64,000 nt of DNA, taken from an uncultured delta proteobacterium (GTDB taxonomy: Bacteria > Myxococcota_A > Polyangia > Polyangiales > Houyiibacteriaceae). The stretch covers positions 64,001 through 128,000 of the forward strand of contig CAVOVB010000005.1 of assembly GCA_963699755.1 (NCBI GenBank), read 5' to 3'. Positions 28,093 to 39,217 of the stretch are shown here, one piece after another (position 1 is the stretch's first letter; every line of letters starts with the position of its first letter). The notes beneath the pieces are model-generated. The model had not been told where the DNA came from and ran no database searches. It saw only the letters and a list, made by a program, of their open reading frames with translations. Made by a program: the position numbers and the translations under genes.

Positions 28093-29946
28093 ATGACCGT
28101 GCTTGCGTCCATCACCACGCCTCCCTTCGAAGGTCACGAACGACTCGTTCTTCGGCGCATCGAAGGCGTCCTTGGTCGGCACCCCTACATGCGCGCTGAC
28201 CTCGGCGAGGGCGGACCGCTCGCAACAGAGCTCGAGGGCGTCATGAGCACGAGGCTGGCGCTGCTGCACACCGAAGGCGCTTCGGATGCTGCCCCGCTCC
28301 TTGCCAAGCTTCGAGCTTGGGAAGCACAGCTTGCCGAGGCCGTGCTCGACGAAGAGGGCTCGGAAGACGCCCGACTTCACTATGAGACGATGCTCTTGCT
28401 CCATCCCGAGCCGCTGTCCCCGGAAGAGAGCCCCGCAACGGCCGCAAACGTCGCGAACATCACAGCCCAATGGGAGGAGCTGCGTGCACGCCGGTCGCTT
28501 CAGTCGATCGTCGCCGAGAAGGCGCGGCAAACCCGCGATTTCGTCCGCCACGGGGCGGTGCTTCCCATCTACTGGCTGAGGCGTCGCAGGATTCGCAAGC
28601 TCCTTCCCGCCGTAGTGATGGACATCCCGGGGCTTCGCGAAACTTTCTTTGCGATCGAGCAGATCGGTCCGCTCGTCGACAACTTCGCATTCAAAGGCGC
28701 GGCTGCCGCTCCGATCTCGACCACGGTTGCAATCGCCGACGTCGCCTTCCTCTACATGCAGCTCGCCGACGAGTTTCTCGACGAGCTCGCGGCTGCAGTT
28801 GGCGGACACGATGCTGCAGGGAGGCTCCTGCAATCGATCTACCGCGACGACACTTCGGAGCGACCACTTCACCATCTCTCGCTCACCCACCTTCGCAAGC
28901 TCGGCATCTGGCCGGACGCGCATACGACCAAGTTCGGGATCACATTGTCCGAGCTATTCGATGCACTCGAGCAAATTGCCGCGACGATCGACACCCTGCT
29001 AGCCGATTCGGATGGGGACCGCGTGCATGCAACGAATCTCTTCTTGCACCACTGCTTCCAGACGTACCTCGATGAAGCGGAGCTTTGCGAGAGTGCTCGC
29101 GGACGTCGCGCAGACCGGCTGCGACTGAAGGACACTGCCTGGCATTTCTATCGCAAGAACAACATGGTCATGATGCTTTGGCTCGACCTTCGGGCTCGCC
29201 TGCTCGGTCTCGAGCCTGCCAAATACACCGACGTGATTCGTCGCTGGGGCTATCTTCTGGCGTCGTTTCAGATCTTCGATGACCTCAAGGACATCGCGCT
29301 CGACCTCGGAAAGCAGCCGAGCTACCCCCTGCAGATCGCGGCCAACGACTTCCCTCTGGAGTTGGCATGGCTCGAGGAGCGGTTCGGCGAACGGCGCGTG
29401 CCAATCTCGCGCGACGAGGTCCCCGAAGTGACGCTCCGGGCGAGCGGAACGGTCCAGCAGTGCATGCGATGGAGTCGCCTCATCGCACTCGCGAACTTCG
29501 ATAACGCCCTGCTCTATGCTTGGGATCAGCGCTGGCGGAAGAGTTGGACGAGGCGCCGGAGCTCGTTCAACCCGACGGGCAGCGAGACCGGCAGGACGCG
29601 AGGGCACGCGGTCGATCGCCTGGTTCGTGCGCTCCTGGCCACCCGGGGTCCGGATCTGAGCACGGCGGTCGGAGACGAGCAGCTCGCGTTCGCCTTAGAT
29701 GCAAGCGCCTACGAAGGCTCCTGGCAAATCTACTTGGCGCTGTTCCCAGACATTCGTGCCATCTATCGCTTCGCAACGCTCAGAATGTGGATGAGCGCGG
29801 AAGAAAAAGCGCGCGCCGCCCGGAAGCTTCTCCGCCGCTATCCTCGCGCGCGCGCGAACGCGTTAGTCTGCCTGGCCGAGGCTGATGTCGACCATCAGGT
29901 CAGCAGCGATCGCCTCGAGGCTTTCTCGAAGCTGATCGAGGTCTAG
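28093..29946 (+). CDS. Isoprenoid-synthase (class I terpene synthase fold)-like hypothetical protein
   Basis: Asp-rich QLADEFLDE and FQIFDDLKD motifs, helical composition. Confidence 0.6.
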   Translation: MTVLASITTPPFEGHERLVLRRIEGVLGRHPYMRADLGEGGPLATELEGVMSTRLALLHTEGASDAAPLLAKLRAWEAQLAEAVLDEEGSEDARLHYETMLLLHPEPLSPEESPATAANVANITAQWEELRARRSLQSIVAEKARQTRDFVRHGAVLPIYWLRRRRIRKLLPAVVMDIPGLRETFFAIEQIGPLVDNFAFKGAAAAPISTTVAIADVAFLYMQLADEFLDELAAAVGGHDAAGRLLQSIYRDDTSERPLHHLSLTHLRKLGIWPDAHTTKFGITLSELFDALEQIAATIDTLLADSDGDRVHATNLFLHHCFQTYLDEAELCESARGRRADRLRLKDTAWHFYRKNNMVMMLWLDLRARLLGLEPAKYTDVIRRWGYLLASFQIFDDLKDIALDLGKQPSYPLQIAANDFPLELAWLEERFGERRVPISRDEVPEVTLRASGTVQQCMRWSRLIALANFDNALLYAWDQRWRKSWTRRRSSFNPTGSETGRTRGHAVDRLVRALLATRGPDLSTAVGDEQLAFALDASAYEGSWQIYLALFPDIRAIYRFATLRMWMSAEEKARAARKLLRRYPRARANALVCLAEADVDHQVSSDRLEAFSKLIEV

Positions 29947-30381
29947 GCCCCTCGGAGCCCGAAGCCGGGCCGTCGCCTTGAACAAGGTGTCGCCCGACCA
30001 GGGAGCGCCTTCACATTCGGTGTTGAGCTCTTCGACGTTGACGCCGCGCACGGCCAGCGCCTCCGAGATCTTGTGAACGATGCCCGGTCGATCACTGCCG
30101 ACGAGCTCGAGGACGACTACATGCCCCTCCTCGACCGCGTCCTCGACGCCGCGCTCGACCACGACGCGAAGCCCATACGCACGGAGCGCCTCCAGCGCCT
30201 CCGACAAGGCGCCCGCCTCTGCCGCGGGCACGCTCACGCGCAGTATCCCGGCGAACTCGCCCGCCAAGCGGGACATCCGGCTCTCCACCCAGCTGCCGCC
30301 GTGGGCCTCGACCGCAGCGGACACCGACTCAACCAGCCCGGGCCGGTCCTTCCCGATCACGGTAACGACGAGCGACTCCAT
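29863..30381 (-). CDS. gcvR: Glycine cleavage system regulator R-like double-ACT protein
   Basis: VIGKDRPGLV..SRMSRLAGEFAG..VGSDRPGIV..NVEEL. Confidence 0.8.
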   Translation of the reverse strand: MESLVVTVIGKDRPGLVESVSAAVEAHGGSWVESRMSRLAGEFAGILRVSVPAAEAGALSEALEALRAYGLRVVVERGVEDAVEEGHVVVLELVGSDRPGIVHKISEALAVRGVNVEELNTECEGAPWSGDTLFKATARLRAPRGLDLDQLRESLEAIAADLMVDISLGQAD

Positions 30382-30523
30382 AAGGGACAGGCTCCATACC
30401 CGTAATCACCCGACATTCCAAGACTTTTCAGCCGAAGATGGGAGCGGCTCCGCAACGAGGCTGCGATCTTTGCCTTAGAAGCGACTAGATCTCGGGCAGT
30501 TAGAAGCCTAGAGCCTATCCCCT

Positions 30524-31666
30524 ATGTTCGCAAAGCGTACTCAGGAGGTGGAGCCGTTCCTGGCGATGGAGGTCATGGAGCGGGGGATGGCGATGGCGCG
30601 GGCTGGGACCTCGATCGTTCAGCTCGGGGTTGGGGAGCCGAACTTCGACGCGCCACCGGCTGCGGTGCAGGCAGCCGTCGACTCACTAGTGTCGGGGGAG
30701 ACGCACTACACCGACAGCCGGGGCTTGTTCGTCCTGCGCGAGGCGATTGCCCAGGATTCCAAGAAGCGTCGCGGCGTTGCGGTCGACCCCGACCACGTCA
30801 TCGTAACCAGTGGAACTTCGCCTGCGATTCTCCTCTGTCTGAACCTCTTGGTCGACCCTGGCGACGAGGTGATTCTCGCGACGCCCCACTACCCTTGCTA
30901 CCCGAACATGATCTCGGTTTGCGGCGGCAAGCCGGTGCTCGTACCCACCGGTCCCGAAGACGGCTTCGTGATGGATGTTGCCAAAGTCCGCGCGGCGATC
31001 ACGCCGAGGACACGCGCAATCTTCCTCGCGTCGCCCGCCAATCCGACGGGCGCGGTGCAGCCCCGGGAGGTCGTCGAGGAGCTGAGCCAAGTCGGCATCC
31101 CGATTCTCTCGGACGAAATCTACGATGGGCTCACCTATGACGGCGCACAGGTGGCCTCCCCGCTGCGTTTCACCGAAAACTGCTACGTCCTCGATGGCTT
31201 CTCCAAGCGCTACGCGATGACCGGATTCCGCCTCGGCTATCTCATCGCCCCCGAAATCGCGATGCGACCCCTCCAAAGCTTGATGCAGAGCTTCTTCATC
31301 TCGACGTCCCAATTCGTGCAACAAGCGGGCATTGCGGCGCTGGCGCACGGCGCAGAGCACGTCGAGCACATGCGCCAGCAATACGCGATTCGACGGCGAA
31401 TCCTAGTCGACGGTCTCCGGGAGATGGGGCTTTCGATCCCCATCGATCCGCCAGGCGCGTTCTACGTTCTGGTCGACATGCGCCACTTCGAGCGCGATTC
31501 ACTGACCCTGGCGTTCGACATTCTCGAAAAGGCCCACGTTGCGCTCGGGCCGGGTCGCGACTTCGGAGAAGCCGCGGAGGGCTTCGTCCGGTTCAGCTTC
31601 GCGACGTCGCAGGAGCAAATCGAAGAAGGCTTGCGCCGACTGGCCCGCGCCATCCCCGAGCTCTGA
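30524..31666 (+). CDS. PLP-dependent aminotransferase class I/II
   Basis: GVGEPNF, SPANPTG, SDEIY, GFSKRYAMTGFRLG, GAFY. Confidence 0.92.
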   Translation: MFAKRTQEVEPFLAMEVMERGMAMARAGTSIVQLGVGEPNFDAPPAAVQAAVDSLVSGETHYTDSRGLFVLREAIAQDSKKRRGVAVDPDHVIVTSGTSPAILLCLNLLVDPGDEVILATPHYPCYPNMISVCGGKPVLVPTGPEDGFVMDVAKVRAAITPRTRAIFLASPANPTGAVQPREVVEELSQVGIPILSDEIYDGLTYDGAQVASPLRFTENCYVLDGFSKRYAMTGFRLGYLIAPEIAMRPLQSLMQSFFISTSQFVQQAGIAALAHGAEHVEHMRQQYAIRRRILVDGLREMGLSIPIDPPGAFYVLVDMRHFERDSLTLAFDILEKAHVALGPGRDFGEAAEGFVRFSFATSQEQIEEGLRRLARAIPEL

Positions 31667-31669
31667 CAC

Positions 31670-33826
<2,157 letters not shown>

Positions 33827-33880
33827 TTAGGGTTACGCTGTGACATCGCCCCGCCTCTAAGGCACTTTGTGGAGGAGGGG

Positions 33881-36484
33881 ATGAACGCAGAGGGGCAGCT
33901 CTTGGGGCAGCGCGACGCGGAGCTCGAGGCTCGGTACGAGCGAATTCGCGACGAGCAGATGCGGCTTCGCTCGCTCGCCGCGCTCCAACACATGCTGCCC
34001 GTCCTGGCGTTCATCTACGCGGCAGGGGCCGTCCTCTTTCTCTTGGCGCCGCCGTTCCTACCGAACGCGCCGCATGTCCTGATCTGCACGACCTCTGCTG
34101 CGCTGGTGCTCTTGGTTTGGACCGGCATGCGCGCCGACGACCCCCGCTTCGACACCCCGGTCTCGGTGGCGACGATCTTCATCGCTGCCGGCATGGCGCT
34201 CACAATGTTGGCGGTCAGTGGTGCGCTCAGCAACACCACCTCACTCGCGATCGCCATCATGGCCACAGCGGCCGTGACCTACCGCTTTCCGATCTACGCC
34301 CTAATGCTGGTCGTCGCCTTTGCCGGATGGCTTCCCCTCGCGTTTCGCGTGGAGAGCCAGGAGGTCAGCATGAACCTGCTTCAACTCGCCGCGGCGAGCA
34401 CCGTCGGCGGCTTGTTCTTGTGGTCCCGTCGACAGCTGATGTTCGGTCTTTACGACGAGGCAAACCAGGCAGAAGCCATGCGCAACCTCGCAACCGAACA
34501 ATCGCGGACCTTGGCGGGGGCGCGCGACGCCGCCCTGGCGTCTGCGCAGGCCAAGGGGCAGTTCCTGGCGAACGTGAGCCACGAAGTGCGCACCCCGCTC
34601 AACGGCATCCTCGGGTTGCTTCAATTGATAGACCCTAGGGCGCTGCCCAAGCCGCAGGACGAGTATCTGCAGGAGGTCCACAAGTCGGGCCGCGCGCTCC
34701 TCGCAATAGTCAACGACTTGCTCGACCTTTCGAAGATCGAGGCGGGTGAAATGCGTCTGGAGTCCGTGCCCTTCGATGTGATCTCGATGACGGAGGAAAT
34801 CGCAGTCAACTACGCGTCGGCGGCCAACGCCAAGGGTATCGAGCTGATCACCCACGTCGGCCCGGAGGTCCCCGCCGAGGTCCTGGGTGACCCACTGCGA
34901 CTGAGACAGGTGATGTCCAACCTCTTGAGCAACGCGCTCAAGTTCACCAAGGAAGGCGAGGTCGTCGTCGGGGTTCGGGTCAAAGACCGTGGCCCATGGC
35001 ACGTCGACCTCGAGGTCCGCGTGACCGACACCGGGGAGGGCATCCCCGAGGCCCGAGGAGAAACCATCTTTCGACCGTTCTCGCAAGGCGACGCATCCAC
35101 GACCCGCGAGCATGGCGGCACGGGCCTCGGGCTTCCGATCTGCCGTCAGCTGGTCGCGCTGATGGGGGGTGAGCTGCAAATGGTCAGCACCGTCGGCCAG
35201 GGAAGCACCTTCTTCTTCGAAGCGCGCTTCGAGCTGGAAGAGACGCTCAGTGAGGAGCTGCAAGCGGTCACCCAGGCGCTGCGCGGCATGAAAGTCTTGG
35301 TTCTCGAGAGCAACAATCGTGCTCGGGAAACGCTCAGCGCCCAACTCGAATCATGGGGTATCGAAACCTGGGCGACGACGACCTACGATGGTGCGCTGAG
35401 CACGCTACGTGTATCGCAGCGTCCCAACGTGATGCTGATCGACTTACGTAGCCTGGGCACCGATTGGCACAGTCGGGTCATCGAGCTCAATGGCATCGCC
35501 AGGACGCAAGGGATCTCGTTGGTCGCCATCTGCTCCTACCGGCACGAAGTCCGAGAGCTTACGGAGACCGGGGTCAATGTACACGTCGAGAAGCCGATTC
35601 GCAGGGCAAAGATCATTGCGGCCCTGCTCGAAACGCTCAACCGATCGAGCGCTCCGACACCCGTGTCGGACGTGGCCAGCCGCGCATCCTTGCCACCGGC
35701 GGCACCAGTCGACTTGGAGTCCAATGGAATGAAGATTCTCGTCGCCGAAGACAACGCAATCAATCGGAAGGTGGTCGAGGCACACTTGCTAGCGCTCGGA
35801 TACGAGGTGGACACCGTCAACGACGGCGTCGGGGCGCTCGACGCGCTGATAGATGGCCATCCCTACGCCGCGGTCATCATGGACGGGCAGATGCCGCGAA
35901 TGGATGGCTATCAGGCCGCGCGAGAACAAAGGTCGCGTGAGCTCGCGGCGGGCCGTCCGCGCGTTCCCATCATCGCGCTCACCGCGCACGCCATGCTGGG
36001 CGATCGCAACACGGCACTTGCAGCCGGCATGGACGACTACCTCTCGAAGCCATTCACGCAGAAGCAGTTGCGAAGAGCCCTCAACCGTTGGGCTGCGAGA
36101 CCGGCGGCCAGCATTTCGGAGCTCCCTGCGACGACACTCGACAGCCAGATCACCTCCCAGCTCCTGGAGCTCGACGAGGAGGAACCCGGCTTCGTCTCCG
36201 ACGTCATCGCGAGCTTCCTGCAAAACGCGAAGGAGAACATCGCTCGCATGAAGGCCGCCGCCGAGAAGGGCGATCTGGATGCCCTGCACGCGGCCGCCCA
36301 GATGCTTCGAGGCAGCAGCCAGCAGCTCGGCGCCCGCAAACTCGGTGCCAGCTGCTTCGAGATGGAAGAGAGCAGCAACCTGGAGGACGCCGCCGCGATC
36401 CTCGGTAAGGTGGAAAGCGACCTCGAAGGCGCACGAGAAGCGCTCACGGCCCTCGCCGAACGCGCTCTCGATGCGGCATCCTAG
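33881..36484 (+). CDS. Membrane hybrid histidine kinase (HisKA-HATPase-REC-REC-Hpt)
   Basis: GGAGGAGG RBS; FLANVSHEVRTPLNG, NALKFT, GGTGLGL, MDGQMP, MDDYLSKP, C-terminal Hpt-like helices. Confidence 0.92.
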   Translation: MNAEGQLLGQRDAELEARYERIRDEQMRLRSLAALQHMLPVLAFIYAAGAVLFLLAPPFLPNAPHVLICTTSAALVLLVWTGMRADDPRFDTPVSVATIFIAAGMALTMLAVSGALSNTTSLAIAIMATAAVTYRFPIYALMLVVAFAGWLPLAFRVESQEVSMNLLQLAAASTVGGLFLWSRRQLMFGLYDEANQAEAMRNLATEQSRTLAGARDAALASAQAKGQFLANVSHEVRTPLNGILGLLQLIDPRALPKPQDEYLQEVHKSGRALLAIVNDLLDLSKIEAGEMRLESVPFDVISMTEEIAVNYASAANAKGIELITHVGPEVPAEVLGDPLRLRQVMSNLLSNALKFTKEGEVVVGVRVKDRGPWHVDLEVRVTDTGEGIPEARGETIFRPFSQGDASTTREHGGTGLGLPICRQLVALMGGELQMVSTVGQGSTFFFEARFELEETLSEELQAVTQALRGMKVLVLESNNRARETLSAQLESWGIETWATTTYDGALSTLRVSQRPNVMLIDLRSLGTDWHSRVIELNGIARTQGISLVAICSYRHEVRELTETGVNVHVEKPIRRAKIIAALLETLNRSSAPTPVSDVASRASLPPAAPVDLESNGMKILVAEDNAINRKVVEAHLLALGYEVDTVNDGVGALDALIDGHPYAAVIMDGQMPRMDGYQAAREQRSRELAAGRPRVPIIALTAHAMLGDRNTALAAGMDDYLSKPFTQKQLRRALNRWAARPAASISELPATTLDSQITSQLLELDEEEPGFVSDVIASFLQNAKENIARMKAAAEKGDLDALHAAAQMLRGSSQQLGARKLGASCFEMEESSNLEDAAAILGKVESDLEGAREALTALAERALDAAS

Positions 36485-36490
36485 CGGAGA

Positions 36491-37297
36491 TCAGTTCCTA
36501 GTCGCACCGCTGAGGCGTGTAGCGTCAGCGATCCAGCTTTCCCGAATCGTGCGCTCCGGAACACCGTCCACGTGCTCGACCAGCCATTCGACGTCCGACG
36601 CTTCGAATCGCGCGATCTGGTGGAAGTGGTAGATGCCGAGTCGATTCAGCATGCGTTCGAGGCTCGGGTCGACGCCCTCGAGCCTCTGCAAGTCGTCGCG
36701 CGGCCCCAATGGTTGCACCATGACCCATGCGGGTGGCCGCGATTCTCCGCTGGTCCTCGTCTCGAGCTCGGCGTCGCGAATCCGACCCTTGAGACGTTCG
36801 ATGTCATCGAGCATCCGCTCGTGAATTCCGTGCAGCACCTCGAGCTCGGTTTGCAAGCGTGCACCCCGTGCCTGGGCTTGTCGTAGCGTGGTCTGTGCGT
36901 CGTCTCGCTCTTGGACAGCGATGCGAAGCTCGCGTCGAAGGTCCTCGGCGGACTCGCGCGAGCTTGGACGCTCCTCGAGGTCGACGGCCGACATTCGCTC
37001 GTTGAGCTCTTTCATCGTTCGGTTTCGGGCATCCAAGGTCGCGGTGAGCTGCCTCTTCGCGCGCTCTAGAGCTTCGATTTTCTCGGTGGAGCCACTGAGC
37101 TCCTTGTGAAGCGCTTCGATGCGGTCGGCTTGCGTGGCGATGTCCGCACGCGCTTCCTCGAGCTCGTATTGGAGCGTCTTCGCGCGCACGGGAGCCACCA
37201 GGCGCCCCCAGAAAACCTGTCCGAGCCATAGCAGCAGCGCGCCCAACACAGCGGCGACCAGCAAGGCGCCTATCATCTGCAAGATCAGATACGTCAC
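36491..37297 (-). CDS. Membrane-anchored coiled-coil protein with C-terminal helix-hairpin-helix (NuoE-C/DUF4332-like) domain
   Basis: N-terminal TM; DDLQRLEGVDPSLERMLNRLGIYHFHQIA..WIADA. Confidence 0.75.
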   Translation of the reverse strand: MTYLILQMIGALLVAAVLGALLLWLGQVFWGRLVAPVRAKTLQYELEEARADIATQADRIEALHKELSGSTEKIEALERAKRQLTATLDARNRTMKELNERMSAVDLEERPSSRESAEDLRRELRIAVQERDDAQTTLRQAQARGARLQTELEVLHGIHERMLDDIERLKGRIRDAELETRTSGESRPPAWVMVQPLGPRDDLQRLEGVDPSLERMLNRLGIYHFHQIARFEASDVEWLVEHVDGVPERTIRESWIADATRLSGATRN

Positions 37298-37611
37298 GTC
37301 TCACCTCCCCCAACGCTCTCTTGGCCGGCGACGAGCATCTTCGTGCGCACGACGCGCACCCCCCGGATCATGCTCACGATACGCTCCGCGCGTTGCGCCT
37401 CCGACTTCGAGGAGACCCGGCCACGGAGCTCCACATCTCGGCCATCGACGACCGGCACCAAGTCCGAGAAGCCGGTGCGTTCGAGGACGTCGCTGACGCG
37501 TGTGGCGACGTCCCACTCTATTTGGTGGCGAGCAGGGCTGAGAAAGGAAACCCAGGCGACATAGCCGAGGAAGCTTGCCGAAACCGTGCCAAAGACTGCC
37601 TTCTTCCACAT
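37294..37611 (-). CDS. BON-domain membrane protein
   Basis: VDGRDVELRGRV..AERIVSMIRGVRVV; GTGA overlap with the next gene. Confidence 0.75.
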   Translation of the reverse strand: MWKKAVFGTVSASFLGYVAWVSFLSPARHQIEWDVATRVSDVLERTGFSDLVPVVDGRDVELRGRVSSKSEAQRAERIVSMIRGVRVVRTKMLVAGQESVGGGET

Positions 37612-37646
37612 TGCGCGGTTCGCCTACCAGCTGGATTGAACTCGAT

Positions 37647-37663
37647 TGGCACGAAAAATGCCA
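37647..37663. promoter_or_regulatory. Palindromic sigma54-like site (GG-N10-GC on both strands)
   Basis: TGGCACGAAAAATGCCA / TGGCATTTTTCGTGCCA, 36 nt upstream of the BON gene. Confidence 0.5.
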
Positions 37664-37751
37664 TGTTCTGACAGGAGCCATCCCACAGCGGCGCGAGGCA
37701 GCACACAAAAAAGACGCTCTGTCTCGCCCGATGGGGTGCCCTTGGGGCGCA

Positions 37752-38303
37752 CTAAGAGTCGAAGTCGTGCCGCTCGACGATCTGGAACAGGCGCTCCTGA
37801 CGATCGTCTGCCCAGGTGTACAGGGCAACGGAGGACACGACGTAAGTGACGTCGCGCAGATCGATAGCCCGGGCCCAGCGAAGCGCCTCTCGCCGTTCGG
37901 CAGCGTTCGCTCTGCGCTGGATTCGCCCTAGCGTCATGTGCGGAAGCGGTGGCCGGCTGTCTTCCGGGGCACCCGCCGCCCTCAAGAGCGGCTCCTTCGC
38001 CTCGGCGATCATCTCGCTCAGCGCGTCCCGGCCCACGTCGATCATGGCCGAGAGCGCAGAAGGTTTTCGGGGATGCCCGAGAGGCTCCACCCCGCTGAAC
38101 GTCCCGCTCACTGTGCGAAACGAGCAGAAGTCGCCAATCTGCGCCCAGGCTTTCCTGGCTTCGGACACTTGCACCGAGCCGAGAAAGCACAATGTAATGT
38201 GCAGATCGGAGCTCGCGAACATGCGAACACGCGCGGGTGGGGCGGGTCGCAAATGCAGATTCGCCAGTTGCGTCGGAAACGCGATGAACCAATTAGGAGC
38301 CAT
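37752..38303 (-). CDS. thpR: RNA 2',3'-cyclic phosphodiesterase (2H family)
   Basis: Two HxT motifs: LHITLCFLG and PHMTLGR. Confidence 0.85.
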   Translation of the reverse strand: MAPNWFIAFPTQLANLHLRPAPPARVRMFASSDLHITLCFLGSVQVSEARKAWAQIGDFCSFRTVSGTFSGVEPLGHPRKPSALSAMIDVGRDALSEMIAEAKEPLLRAAGAPEDSRPPLPHMTLGRIQRRANAAERREALRWARAIDLRDVTYVVSSVALYTWADDRQERLFQIVERHDFDS

Positions 38304-38344
38304 CCGACGAGTCTAGGCCCAAGCGAAACGCGCCGCGAGAGCCC

Positions 38345-39139
38345 ATGCCCATCACCGAAGCCTTCAGCGAATCCCTCCAGGCCCATCCCATCTACACCTG
38401 GGCTTTGCTCGGGATTGTCGTGCTGGGCATCGTCAGCTTCGTTCTCCTACTGTTCATCTCGGCGCCCTACGGCCGCCACCTGCGGCCCGGCTGGGGCCCT
38501 ACCGTCAACGCAAGGGCACTGTGGGTGCTCATGGAGGCGCCCTCCCCGATTTCGTTCGCGGTCGTCTATTTCATGTCAGACAACGCGTTCAAGCCCGTCC
38601 CGCTGATTCTCCTCGGGCTGTACATGCTGCACTACGTGTACCGGTCCTTCATCTACCCGTTTCGGATGCGCGGGGGCCACAAACAAAAGCCGATCATCAC
38701 GGGCCTGCTGGCGTTCTCCTTCAACACCGCCAACGGCTCGACCAATGCCTTTGCGATCACCGAGCTTGCTCCGCACCTGCTGAGCACCGAGTGGCTGAGC
38801 GACCCGCGGTTCATCATCGGTATAGTCGTCTTCTTCGCCGGCTACACCATCAACCAGCAGTCGGATGCCATCCTCTTGAACCTCCGAAAACCCGGCGAAA
38901 GCGGCTACAAGATCCCACACGGGGGCTTTTACCGATGGCTCTCGAGCCCCAACTATTTCGGCGAGATCATCGAATGGGTCGGCTTCGCGCTGGCCGCCTG
39001 GACGGTGCCGGCCTGGGTCTTTGCCTGGTTCACCGCCACAAATCTCGTCCCCCGGGCCTTTTCCAACCATCGCTGGTACCTCGAGCACTTCCGCGAGTAC
39101 CCGAAAAGCCGGCGCGCGATCATCCCCTTCGTGCTCTAG
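38345..39139 (+). CDS. Steroid 5-alpha-reductase (SRD5A/DET2-like) family membrane enzyme
   Basis: APYGRH, WVLMEAPS, SDAILLNLRKPG..YKIPHGG..SSPNYFGEIIEW, HRWY. Confidence 0.88.
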   Translation: MPITEAFSESLQAHPIYTWALLGIVVLGIVSFVLLLFISAPYGRHLRPGWGPTVNARALWVLMEAPSPISFAVVYFMSDNAFKPVPLILLGLYMLHYVYRSFIYPFRMRGGHKQKPIITGLLAFSFNTANGSTNAFAITELAPHLLSTEWLSDPRFIIGIVVFFAGYTINQQSDAILLNLRKPGESGYKIPHGGFYRWLSSPNYFGEIIEWVGFALAAWTVPAWVFAWFTATNLVPRAFSNHRWYLEHFREYPKSRRAIIPFVL

Positions 39140-39217
39140 CCCGTAGACTTGCGTCAGCGCCCGGATTGACGCGACAATGGGCGACCAGGGGCGCACATCA
39201 TCGGGGAGGGATGCACG

